Part shown: positions 8,847-18,320 of the stretch, piece after piece
Layout: the number at the start of each line of letters is the position of its first letter
Position numbering within the stretch: the stretch's first letter is position 1
Assembly: GCA_018238545.1 (NCBI GenBank)
Contig: JABCTC010000013.1
Span: 1,719-65,718, forward strand
DNA: 64,000 nt
Direction of reading: 5' to 3'
Source: Candidatus Heimdallarchaeota archaeon
GTDB lineage: Archaea; Asgardarchaeota; Heimdallarchaeia; Heimdallarchaeales; Heimdallarchaeaceae
Notes under the pieces: model-generated
Told to the model about the DNA's origin: nothing
What the model saw: only the letters and a program-made list of their open reading frames with translations
Database searches by the model: none
Made by a program: the position numbers and the translations under genes

Positions 8847-10778
8847 TTATTTCTTCTTTCGGTATAATGCTACAAAAGCTGCTGCACCAATAGCTGCTAG
8901 AATGCCAAAGAGCGGTAATGGCAAGTCAGTAACCTCTGGGAAGTATCTCGCAGCGGCTAACCATTCTACAGCTGCACTAAGATCGCGGTTGTACTTGATA
9001 ATGTCGTTATAGTAGTAGTATGCTGTGAACGGATAGATTATACTGTGGGAGAGTAAGTACTCACCATCATGAATAACCTGGTTGATTTCATCACGGTCGA
9101 TAGCATAGTTCATGGCTTTACGAACAGCAACACCTTTAGTGTATTCCTCTTTTCCAACATCTGAAAGCCATTCAAAGTTATCAACACCACCAACGAAAGG
9201 TCGGCGCAAGTTGTAGAACAGGAAGGTAAAGCTTGCACTTAAGAAGCTTTGTACTTCAAATCTTGTATCAGCTTGCATCTGTTTTCTATCAGATGGGAAG
9301 GCGGTTAAACCAGTTAAGTCTAGTTTACCAGCTTTGAATTCTGCTAACTCTGCTGAAATATCAGGGATTACACGAACATTGAATGTTTCGATGTCTAGAT
9401 CTTGTGCGGTTCCGTCAATGATACCTATACCCATCCAGTATGGACTTTTTTGGAGGACAGTAACAGAGCTTCTGATGTAGTAATCTAACATGTATTTTCC
9501 ACAACCAAATGCGGAAGTTGAGTAGTATACCCATGGTGCTGTATCTAAAATTCCATCATAGATACCAGTACATTCTGCATTACCAGAAGTGTAAGTAACT
9601 GTAGGATCGGAGGAATTCAAGAAGAATTCAGGAATAATTTCCCAAGGTAGTCTTGCCCAAAAGTCGACGTATTGGTCAAGTTCTGGAGTAGCAGGGTTAC
9701 CATCAATTTCAATGTGGAAAGATAGTGGGTCAGTAGCATCAACATAGCAATTTGAAATCCATTTATGATAAGATGGACTTTCACTGACTATGGAGTTTGC
9801 CCATGCAAGATAGGTAAAGACTGCGTCTTTGGCCATAACCTGTTGATTTGTACCATCACTAACTTCTCCGGCTTTTAGGCCTTCCATTAGTGGGGTGGTA
9901 GCAGGATCAAGTGGGTCAGAGCTAGCTGTTCTACCTGTTACATTGTATGAGGGGTTCCAAAACACATTGTCTCTCATAGTGAATTTGAAGTGGAATTCGT
10001 CAATTTGTTCCCAATCTACAACTAAAGCAGTTTTGAGTGGGGCCAAATCAGGACTCCAACCAACAATTGATTCAGCCATTAGGCCGTATATGAAAGAGCT
10101 GGATGTATCGTCTGTTTGTAGTGGATTCAAATCTCTCCAATTAGCGTCTGCTATACTGAATTCAGTTAGAGAAACTTGACCTTCATGTAAACCATCGTAC
10201 TCGATGTATGGTAAGGAATCAATAATTCCCCAACGTCCATCATAACCTTCGGTGTTTGCCCATGTTGCTACATATGATCTTGGTGCGAACAATGGAAGCA
10301 TAGGAACGATTTTGTCCATCATCAATTGTTGCCAATCGTAGTAGTGTTGTTGTCTTTGTTCAAGATCAACTATGGTAACACCGTCGATTTGATAGTTTTC
10401 ACTGTCATTGCCGTATGGCATTACTGTATCTATTCCGAACATGTTAAGTGAGCCTGCTTCACCATAACAATCGAACATGTCTGGTGTGGATCCACCGCCG
10501 GATAAACCAACAATACCCATATCAAAGTCTCTTGTTAATAGCAGAGTTCCAATGAACACTGTCCATTCTTCGACTTTAACTTCTACTTCTATTCCAATCT
10601 CTCTAAGATATTGAGCTATGTAAAGACCATAGTCAGGTCGTACTCCACCGCCGTTAGTCTTGAAGACTAAATTTGCGAGGGGTTCAACTGCTGCCTGTGA
10701 TGTTTGCGCATTAAATGCACTCATAGCTAGTAAGCTAGAAAGAATGAGAAGTGTAAAAAACACTGTTTTCTTTTTCAT
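8847..10778 (-). CDS. extracellular solute-binding protein, family-5 (Opp/Dpp-like) related, with signal peptide and C-terminal TM anchor; segment order looks permuted
   Basis: Signal peptide MKKKTVFFTLLILSSLLAMSA. SBP5-like segments: IAQYLREIGIEVEVKVEEW...FDMGIVG (normally C-terminal in SBP5) lies near the N-terminus. FKFTMRDNVFWN, VIPDISAELAEFKAGKLD and AVRKAMNYAIDRDEI follow. Tail LFGILAAIGAAAFVALYRKKK. Confidence 0.55.
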   Translation of the reverse strand: MKKKTVFFTLLILSSLLAMSAFNAQTSQAAVEPLANLVFKTNGGGVRPDYGLYIAQYLREIGIEVEVKVEEWTVFIGTLLLTRDFDMGIVGLSGGGSTPDMFDCYGEAGSLNMFGIDTVMPYGNDSENYQIDGVTIVDLEQRQQHYYDWQQLMMDKIVPMLPLFAPRSYVATWANTEGYDGRWGIIDSLPYIEYDGLHEGQVSLTEFSIADANWRDLNPLQTDDTSSSFIYGLMAESIVGWSPDLAPLKTALVVDWEQIDEFHFKFTMRDNVFWNPSYNVTGRTASSDPLDPATTPLMEGLKAGEVSDGTNQQVMAKDAVFTYLAWANSIVSESPSYHKWISNCYVDATDPLSFHIEIDGNPATPELDQYVDFWARLPWEIIPEFFLNSSDPTVTYTSGNAECTGIYDGILDTAPWVYYSTSAFGCGKYMLDYYIRSSVTVLQKSPYWMGIGIIDGTAQDLDIETFNVRVIPDISAELAEFKAGKLDLTGLTAFPSDRKQMQADTRFEVQSFLSASFTFLFYNLRRPFVGGVDNFEWLSDVGKEEYTKGVAVRKAMNYAIDRDEINQVIHDGEYLLSHSIIYPFTAYYYYNDIIKYNRDLSAAVEWLAAARYFPEVTDLPLPLFGILAAIGAAAFVALYRKKK

Positions 10779-10798
10779 TTAATATCACCAATATTTTA

Positions 10799-12028
10799 TT
10801 ATTTTCTCTTACGCAGGAATGCGTAACTAACTAGCCCGAGCATTGAGACACTTATAAGTATACCGAAGCCTAGTCCGGTAGGACCTACCTCTTCACCAAC
10901 GAATATTCTCATAACTGCTAAGTCATGACCAATGTTTGGTACTGCTTCTCCGTATAACTGTGCATAGTCATCAAGCTTAGAACCAAACAAACAGAAGAAT
11001 ACATAGTTTTGACCTTCATACAGTTGTAATTGGTCTTCACCAATTCTCCAGATTTGTTCATCTGTAACGGGGTCGATTTCTCCAGTCCATGATCCATTAC
11101 CTAGGTTATGACCTCGGCCATGATTAACAAACCATACATATGTATATTCTCCCATTGTATTTAGATCAACGAAATTTGCTCTTCCATAACTTCCACTAGT
11201 TAGTTCGAGGGGGTTATCTGAAACATTGTAGTTTACTGTAGCTTCTGTTACAACAGGAGTTCCTTCTGGAGCTACTGGTATTGTTTGATAAACAGGGTTA
11301 GCTGCTTCTGCTACTGGTCTTGGATTGTCTGACCAATATGTCCAGTTGTAGTATTGTCCTAGATGTTCAGAGTTAACCTCGTTTGCTACTAATGAAACCT
11401 CGTTGTATACGGCTTTCTTAATAGGATCTGGAACAAAACCTCTGTCATCTGCAACATAAAATGTTACTTGGTCTTTAGCGTATTCCCAATGAAATTCTGT
11501 GTGATTTCCATTGGATACCATTTCTGCGGCTACAACAGTTAGATAATGCCATCCAACATCTAAGTTTAACCTGATTTCTTGATAATTTCCATTATCTTCA
11601 TCAAGCCAGAAGTTGGACATTCCTAGGTCATAATCATCAAGCATCAGATTAAACATACCAGCGAATCTGGTGACGTTGTATAAATCTGAACCTGTATAAC
11701 CTAGGGATGCATTGTTTTGATCTGCATAGAACCATTCATCGAATTGCCGCCCATAACCAGTGGTATATAGGTAGTTTACGAATGATGCAATAGCTACGTC
11801 ATAGTAAAACGCAAAGTGAAGGATGTCATTTGATGAATACACTTGACTATCACCGATAAATCTAGTGTCAAATTCAACATAAACTCTATCACTTGGGACG
11901 TAAGCTGAGGGGATATAGTCTAATGTTATTTCGACTTTATTATCGCCCTGTTCAGCAGATGTTAATGCAATGGCACTAACAGTTGAAACTACAAAAAGGA
12001 ATATAAAAATTAGTCCTTTTTTATTCAT
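10799..12028 (-). CDS. secreted hypothetical protein with C-terminal TM anchor
   Basis: Signal peptide. Aromatic/Asn-rich extracellular domain. Tail GLGFGILISVSMLGLVSYAFLRKRK. AGGTGA 8 nt upstream of the ATG. Confidence 0.55.
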   Translation of the reverse strand: MNKKGLIFIFLFVVSTVSAIALTSAEQGDNKVEITLDYIPSAYVPSDRVYVEFDTRFIGDSQVYSSNDILHFAFYYDVAIASFVNYLYTTGYGRQFDEWFYADQNNASLGYTGSDLYNVTRFAGMFNLMLDDYDLGMSNFWLDEDNGNYQEIRLNLDVGWHYLTVVAAEMVSNGNHTEFHWEYAKDQVTFYVADDRGFVPDPIKKAVYNEVSLVANEVNSEHLGQYYNWTYWSDNPRPVAEAANPVYQTIPVAPEGTPVVTEATVNYNVSDNPLELTSGSYGRANFVDLNTMGEYTYVWFVNHGRGHNLGNGSWTGEIDPVTDEQIWRIGEDQLQLYEGQNYVFFCLFGSKLDDYAQLYGEAVPNIGHDLAVMRIFVGEEVGPTGLGFGILISVSMLGLVSYAFLRKRK

Positions 12029-12199
12029 TTTTTATTCACCTTACTTACATTAAGTAAGTTAATTGCTTCTTTCAAACCATGATATAAAAACATTATGCCT
12101 AAAGCTTATCACTCTACTGTTAGAACAAATGAAGGTCTAAAATAATCCAAAACAGATTTTTTCTTCTTTGTGCGTAAATTGACCTTAAGAGTAAGTTTC

Positions 12200-12931
12200 T
12201 CACATGTTCTCAAGTGAGTTTTTTACGTCTTTCAACTTTTTAGTTACTTCGTTCATTTTATTTTCTAAATCTTCAACAAGAGAAGTTACATGAGAAATTT
12301 TTTCTTTGTCACTCATTTCTTGGTCATTTTGTACTTCAACTTCTTCTTCTTGCTTTCCATGTTCGTTATTAAAAGCAGCTTCATCTGTATCTTCACCTAT
12401 TATCAGATTCTTACTCATGTGTTCAAAGAGTTCTATAATATTTTCTCCAGTCAGAGCAGATGTTTCATAAGTTTTCACTGGGAATTTTACGATTTCATCA
12501 AACTTCCTTACTATTTTGTTCACATCTTCTTGTGTTACCTCTACGTCATCTGTAAGATCTATTTTGTTCCCTATCAGGTAAATTTTTCTCAAGGAGTTTT
12601 TGGCAAATTTTACAGCTTCTTCTCCCCACTTCAAGCAGTTCTCCAATGAAGAAGGGTTTGTCACATCAAAAACAATTAGAGCACACTTGCACCCATGATA
12701 GAAAGAAGATCTCATTCCATGGAAAATTGATTGTCCTGCTAAATCCCATATAGTCAATAGTACTAATTCCCCTTCTACGTTTACTTTCTGTGCTGCAAAA
12801 TCTGCTCCAAGAGTTTTCAGATAATCAGCCCTGAAAGATTTTCCCATGTATTTCCTTCTAATAGATGTTTTCCCTACCTCGGGGTCACCTATTAAGACTA
12901 TTTTATAAGCTCGTTTAGGTTCAATTGACAT
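12200..12931 (-). CDS. Ras/Rab-like small GTPase with C-terminal acidic coiled-coil tail
   Basis: G1 GDPEVGKTS, G3 WDLAGQ, G4 GNKIDL, G5 ETSA. ~70-aa E/K-rich C-terminal extension. Confidence 0.85.
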   Translation of the reverse strand: MSIEPKRAYKIVLIGDPEVGKTSIRRKYMGKSFRADYLKTLGADFAAQKVNVEGELVLLTIWDLAGQSIFHGMRSSFYHGCKCALIVFDVTNPSSLENCLKWGEEAVKFAKNSLRKIYLIGNKIDLTDDVEVTQEDVNKIVRKFDEIVKFPVKTYETSALTGENIIELFEHMSKNLIIGEDTDEAAFNNEHGKQEEEVEVQNDQEMSDKEKISHVTSLVEDLENKMNEVTKKLKDVKNSLENM

Positions 12932-13015
12932 TTTTATCCCTATGCTGACTCTATATTACTATGTTTTATTTCTTTTGCTTTTTCTTTAATAATAATGTTC
13001 ATCCAACGATTTTAT

Positions 13016-14335
13016 TTACTTATTTGTTAACTCCATAAACAGTTTTTGGTAAAATGTTCTTGCAATTTCTAGGCTAGATATCTCTATAAATTCATTTGAT
13101 CCATGGACATTGCCTCCCAAGGGCCCGAATTCTAACGTTGGTATACCAAGGTAACTAAACCACCTACTATCAGTTGCGCCACCCATTTCAATCGGTACTG
13201 GAGATAGCTTCATTTCTTTTGCTACCTTCATGCTTTTTTGGATCAGAATAGAATCCTTTGGTGTTTCAACTGATCCTATGCTCCCCCTGATGTTTATTTT
13301 CGTTTTTATTTTTGAAGTGACAACAAAATTTCTAAAATAATTTTCTACATCTGTGTTGTTATTGCTCATAATCCGCAAATCCATATAACATACATGTGTC
13401 TCCTTCTCATTTTTGTAATAGTTGAATGTTAGATTTATGCCATAATCACTAGGTGCGGAGGGTATATCGACATTTTTAAATTTTGTAACAAAATAGATGA
13501 AATTTGTCAAGTTCTCATCGTACGTACATACTTCTAAAGACCCTTCATCAGGCATAATATACTCCATAGAAATTTCTGAAGGAAGAACATTGTTTTTGAC
13601 AAAATTGCCTTCCATTTTGCTTACAAAAAAGTTGTTTTCTCTTACAAAATCAGACGCTGCATCAACACAGTGGATATCTATGTCTCTCATAAAGTATGCT
13701 GCATGCATTGTTCGATTACCAGCTATTTCGGTCTTGAAAGTTTTTGTTTCCTTTCTTCCTTTAATTCTTCTTTTTATTTCAGGCATGCTCAAGTTTATTG
13801 CATATGAATTTCTTCTTCTGTTTACAATTTGCAGACCAATAGCATCTCCATTTATTATGTAATCAGGTACAATATCATTTTCTTCAAAAATTTTCATCAA
13901 ATTTCCTGCCCCATACTTCCCTCCAGATTCTTCATCTAGATTTATTGCATAAACAACAGAACAATTACTTTCTTCTTTAAAATATTCTGCTAAACTCAAC
14001 ATAACTGAAACGGCACCTTTCATGTCAGCTGATCCTCGTCCATACGCTTTATCTCCTGCTATTTTTAATGAAAAAGGGTCTGTCTTCCAACCTGGTCCTG
14101 CTGGAACAACGTCACAATGTCCTATGAAAAGAATAGTTGGAGCATCTCGTTTAATATAAGAAACCAAACTCCAGTAGTTATTTTTCTCAAATAAAATACT
14201 TTCATATCCTAGAGGGCGCAATAATTCATCATTTATGTAATCCAGAATATCTTTGTTTGGCAATACTTTCTCTGTTGGGTTATTAGATGTATCATAACTT
14301 ACTAGTTTGTGTAAAATTTCTAAAGGTTCTAGCAT
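13016..14335 (-). CDS. M20-family metallopeptidase (ArgE/DapE/carboxypeptidase-like)
   Basis: IGHCDVVPAGPGW and GRGSADMKG motifs characteristic of the M20 dinuclear-metal site. Confidence 0.8.
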   Translation of the reverse strand: MLEPLEILHKLVSYDTSNNPTEKVLPNKDILDYINDELLRPLGYESILFEKNNYWSLVSYIKRDAPTILFIGHCDVVPAGPGWKTDPFSLKIAGDKAYGRGSADMKGAVSVMLSLAEYFKEESNCSVVYAINLDEESGGKYGAGNLMKIFEENDIVPDYIINGDAIGLQIVNRRRNSYAINLSMPEIKRRIKGRKETKTFKTEIAGNRTMHAAYFMRDIDIHCVDAASDFVRENNFFVSKMEGNFVKNNVLPSEISMEYIMPDEGSLEVCTYDENLTNFIYFVTKFKNVDIPSAPSDYGINLTFNYYKNEKETHVCYMDLRIMSNNNTDVENYFRNFVVTSKIKTKINIRGSIGSVETPKDSILIQKSMKVAKEMKLSPVPIEMGGATDSRWFSYLGIPTLEFGPLGGNVHGSNEFIEISSLEIARTFYQKLFMELTNK

Positions 14336-14435
14336 TTTATCTTAGTCCGTAACATAGTTTCGTTACATTACATGAAGCGCTTTTGAATGTTTTGTATTCT
14401 TTTACTTTTTTAAAAAGAAATAAGGAAACATACTG

Positions 14436-15014
14436 CTAAGTGATTGTAAGTAGTCCACTTTGATAGAATGAAGTAAGTGTTTGAATTCTTGCACCTAGAT
14501 CTGATATGTATGTATAGTTTACAACAATATATACTAAAGTACCATCTTCAAGTTCTCCATCATTTATACTCAAATCGCTTGCTTGAATATCAAAAGAGGC
14601 GTTAATAGACCCATAAGGGAGAGCATATCCTGAAAATTCAGCTTTCCAGTTTTGAAGTGTATCAATTATTATCCAAGGGTTAGTACTGTCGATTGTAATT
14701 CCCGTCGGTAAAATAAGATCAATATCATTGATGTATATCGTAGGTGAATCTACATCTAATGAAAGGTAGAGAGAGATTTTATCGAATAGCGTATCAAGAT
14801 CAGTATCTTCATTACTTATTAGAGCTAGAGTAAGATGAACATCCTTTGCAGTTACATCATCAGTATCCCAAGGGAGATCTGCAACATCTATGTTTAAAAT
14901 AACAACTCCCACAATTGCACTTGCTCCAACTACAAGAGAGATAATTATCACTACGGCCAAAACTTCCGAAACTGCTCTTTTCGATTTTCGTAGTTTTTTA
15001 AACATGGATATCAC
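14436..15014 (-). CDS. archaeal type-IV-pilin-like protein (class III signal peptide)
   Basis: N-terminus KLRKSKRAVSEVLAVVIIISLVVGASAIVGVV: basic region, then KRAVSEV cleavage-like motif, then a hydrophobic helix. Confidence 0.6.
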   Translation of the reverse strand: MISMFKKLRKSKRAVSEVLAVVIIISLVVGASAIVGVVILNIDVADLPWDTDDVTAKDVHLTLALISNEDTDLDTLFDKISLYLSLDVDSPTIYINDIDLILPTGITIDSTNPWIIIDTLQNWKAEFSGYALPYGSINASFDIQASDLSINDGELEDGTLVYIVVNYTYISDLGARIQTLTSFYQSGLLTIT

Positions 15015-15090
15015 TTTTAGATACTAAAAATAATATGTTAATTAGAGTTTATAAATGATTTTCTGCCGGTTTGTCTTTATTTCAAATGAA

Positions 15091-16719
15091 TCAATCTTTA
15101 AGTTCTAGTTTTGATCGATAGAATATTTTCTTGAAAAATTGAGTGATATTCTGGAAAATGGAAATTACGTCCTCTTTTAACATTTTATAACTTTTAGCTT
15201 CAAATAAGCTTTTGAATATCGAGGGTGGGAAAAGAACGCTTACAACAGCAAAAATAATTAGCAGATATAAAGGATGCAAGAATCGTGATTTTGTTATTAT
15301 GATGAAGTTGAAGTAATAGAATAAAGCTGTTAATCCTAGAAATAGAACGTAAAATAATGATTCTTGAAGCACTGTATTCCAATTTATCTGAGTCTTTTCT
15401 TTGTTTTCCTTATCCTTCAAACCTTTGCTGACTGCAGATATGGAATCTTTTCTTAATTTCTTAATTACGAAACAGATGGATTTGTCTAAGTATAAGATTA
15501 TTATTAATACGATAAATGGTGTAAAGACGGCGTCGTAATACTTGTAAACACCTCTAGAAAGAAATGTATGAGAGATAAGAATCACCCAAGTAGTATGTAA
15601 TGTGAACAAGGATTCATCGTTACCAATTTCCTTCCCTCTGAAATACGTGATTAACAAAGAGATCATATAAATTAGTAGAAACGGAATCATATAATCGTTA
15701 ATTACTTTGTAAAATTGTGCAAGTGATTCGCTTCCAAGATATAGGAAAGTGTGCGCTAATGTAACAGTACTTCCTCGATATGCATCATCCAAACTTAATA
15801 TGGCTAAAGGTTTTCCAGGACCAAAAAGCTTTGCGAAATATCCGTACGGAGAAACAAACATCCAAGGAAGAGAGATGATAAAAGAAGTTAGCAAGAAGGT
15901 AAGAAGAAAATCAACTAGAGCTGTTCTCAGATCTTTCTTTTTCCATATTATCAAAAACCAAGGAGCTAAAAGGAACAGCGGCATTTGCTTCGATAACCAA
16001 GCAATTGTAAGCATAAAGGCTGTTATTTTGTATTTCTCTCTCATAAAGAGAAGAAAAGCAATTATTGTAAACAAGGTCATTTGAGGGATGTTGAGATAAA
16101 TACTATCCACATAAAGAAGATTAATCGGCATTAGCATTAACGAAAAAGCACCCAATAATCCAACTATATGTTTTTTCACTTTTTTCTCTTTAAATGCTTT
16201 CAGAGAGATGATGATTAAATAAAGCATAACTACACATAGTGAATCAAATGCTATGTGTGTCCATTTCACTGATTCTGAGACAATGAGGGATCTACTCATA
16301 TTAGGATTGAATAAACTAACAACTAAGGAAATAAGATATAATCCATAGATGAAAATCGGTCCATAAGCATATCCGTCCAAAGGACCTTCCCCTCCTGCAT
16401 ATGGGTTCCAGTTAAGATATCGGAAATTGTAGAGATATGGTTCATAATAATAAGGTGCGTCAACATAAGCTTCGATTTCCCAGACTTCAATTAATACATC
16501 AGTTTCATCGTAAAACATCCAGAAGAATCCAAAATCTCGACTTGAATCATGTTGTTCCCAATATGCATTTGATGCAATATTCTTGAGTATTAACGATAGG
16601 GAGAATAAGAAAAGGCAAATTGCTATAATAATCGAAACTTGTATTATGAGTTTCTTTTTCTGTTCCTTATTCGTTGTGAGTCGATTCCTTAGTTCTGCTA
16701 TATTCCCAGATTCCATCAT
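15091..16719 (-). CDS. polytopic (>=10 TM) membrane protein, possible GT-C-type glycosyltransferase
   Basis: Hydropathy only. No diagnostic catalytic motif recognised. Sits next to the pilin-like gene. Confidence 0.45.
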   Translation of the reverse strand: MMESGNIAELRNRLTTNKEQKKKLIIQVSIIIAICLFLFSLSLILKNIASNAYWEQHDSSRDFGFFWMFYDETDVLIEVWEIEAYVDAPYYYEPYLYNFRYLNWNPYAGGEGPLDGYAYGPIFIYGLYLISLVVSLFNPNMSRSLIVSESVKWTHIAFDSLCVVMLYLIIISLKAFKEKKVKKHIVGLLGAFSLMLMPINLLYVDSIYLNIPQMTLFTIIAFLLFMREKYKITAFMLTIAWLSKQMPLFLLAPWFLIIWKKKDLRTALVDFLLTFLLTSFIISLPWMFVSPYGYFAKLFGPGKPLAILSLDDAYRGSTVTLAHTFLYLGSESLAQFYKVINDYMIPFLLIYMISLLITYFRGKEIGNDESLFTLHTTWVILISHTFLSRGVYKYYDAVFTPFIVLIIILYLDKSICFVIKKLRKDSISAVSKGLKDKENKEKTQINWNTVLQESLFYVLFLGLTALFYYFNFIIITKSRFLHPLYLLIIFAVVSVLFPPSIFKSLFEAKSYKMLKEDVISIFQNITQFFKKIFYRSKLELKD

Positions 16720-16796
16720 TAATCACAACAATTTTCTCTCAACAAGTATTCCAATACATTGAAAATTAATAAGTTTAATGAATAAATAGGTTATCA

Positions 16797-17714
16797 TCAC
16801 TTTATCTCATCAGAATATTCAGTTTTAATTATCTGGTACCACTGTCTAACTGTATTAGCAAAATTTTCAAACGCAGCAAGAACATTTTCACTCTCTGTAC
16901 ATGAAATAAACTCCGATAGTACTATTGTACCATATTCTTTCTCTAAAGATTGTCTAAAGGGTTCAACTTCTTTTGCTAAGGATGCAAGTTCATCTTCATT
17001 TTGTAAGTCAATTTTATTGCCGAGAATCATTATCGGAGGACACAAGTCATATGAATACACATCTAGAAATGTATCTAGCCAATCTTGTATTTTTTCAAAG
17101 GTTGAAGGGTTGGTTACATCATATACTAGGATTACACCAAAACAAGCTTTAGCGTACAGCCAATGTGGTGATCCTGAGGGGATATCTAGAATAACACTCT
17201 CAAAATCTATATTGAAAGCCTCTGAAGCACGAACAATCTTCCCAAAAAACACTCCAGGGGCAGGTTGATTTGGTGTTTCTCCTGACAAAGCATATACAAA
17301 TGATTGTTTTCCAACTCTTTCTTCGCCTAATAGAATTATCCTTGCAGAAAATGATTGTATTATTCCTCCCTTCGGTTTTGTCTGAGGTATGACTGGTATT
17401 TTTGAAACGTCAAGCGCCCCGGCCCCTTCCTCCCAAGCAAGTTCACTATGACTTGGAACAGTATACAAATACCACTTCCAAAACGAATCATGTATCTTAT
17501 CAAGACATAATCGAATCAGTTCATGGGCAAAAATTATTCTTTTTCCTTCCTTTAAGAAGCCTGTTCGATCACTCTGTTGTAAAAAATAATTCTTAACTTG
17601 GTTAGATGACAAGTTTATCTTATTGGATAGTTTCTCTTCATTCAAGTACGAATTGCCAAATAGATGCTCATCTAGAATTTTAAGTAACTCCTCTTTCTGC
17701 ATATAAAAATTCAA
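16797..17714 (-). CDS. multidomain small GTPase (Ras/Rab-like G domain with ~120-aa N-terminal extension)
   Basis: G1 GEERVGKQS, G4 GNKIDL, ILVYDVTNPSTFEKI. The N-terminal extension has no obvious motif. Confidence 0.75.
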   Translation of the reverse strand: MNFYMQKEELLKILDEHLFGNSYLNEEKLSNKINLSSNQVKNYFLQQSDRTGFLKEGKRIIFAHELIRLCLDKIHDSFWKWYLYTVPSHSELAWEEGAGALDVSKIPVIPQTKPKGGIIQSFSARIILLGEERVGKQSFVYALSGETPNQPAPGVFFGKIVRASEAFNIDFESVILDIPSGSPHWLYAKACFGVILVYDVTNPSTFEKIQDWLDTFLDVYSYDLCPPIMILGNKIDLQNEDELASLAKEVEPFRQSLEKEYGTIVLSEFISCTESENVLAAFENFANTVRQWYQIIKTEYSDEIK

Positions 17715-17771
17715 TCCTTTTGAAAGGCATTTTGAGAATAATGCTTTGTTTACAAAAGGGAAAATATAATA

Positions 17772-18209
17772 TTAAAATCTGCTTGTATTCTTAGTGTGAC
17801 TTGGGGAAGGAATTGTTTTGAAGCGAGAATATGATTTTTCAGCTGATTTAAATGAGCTTTGTAGTAAACCAATTTCTTCATTATTTAGACCTGCTTTTCT
17901 CAATTCTTCTAAGAAACTATCAGGAGCAATTATGAATCTTTTCCAATTACCTTCTCCGCGCAATAATGTTTCCATCTTCCTCCGCATATTGAAAAGATAT
18001 GGACGGTTTTTGAAATGGATGAGAGCTTTTCTGATTTCTCCTCTTACAATTTCAGCATCTTCAAGAGGAACCCTTGTTTCACTGTCTTCTAAGAAATGTG
18101 TTATTTCTTTCAATATCTGGGGCTCTATCTCTTCTGTAGATGGGAATATACTATTCAATGCAATATTAATGAATTCGTCAACATCATCATATTCACTAGC
18201 TATCATCAA
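17772..18209 (-). CDS. hypothetical helical protein upstream of the small GTPase
   Basis: ORF only. 57-bp gap to the GTPase gene suggests co-transcription. Confidence 0.4.
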   Translation of the reverse strand: MMIASEYDDVDEFINIALNSIFPSTEEIEPQILKEITHFLEDSETRVPLEDAEIVRGEIRKALIHFKNRPYLFNMRRKMETLLRGEGNWKRFIIAPDSFLEELRKAGLNNEEIGLLQSSFKSAEKSYSRFKTIPSPSHTKNTSRF

Positions 18210-18320
18210 AGAAAGTTTCTATCCTTCAATCATAAGACCACATGAGACTGAGATATGATTGTAAACTTATACCGGGTATTACACTTTGATGAAAGTGGAG
18301 ATAATTTACAAAAAGATTCA

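Noticed and set aside
12029-12199. Short 6-bp hairpin (acttac-attaa-gtaagt) considered as a terminator or tRNA fragment
   Set aside because: Stem is too short and AT-rich for a confident intrinsic terminator and has no tRNA-like cloverleaf. It lies in the leader of the downstream gene, where an SD-like AGGTGA is the more relevant signal.
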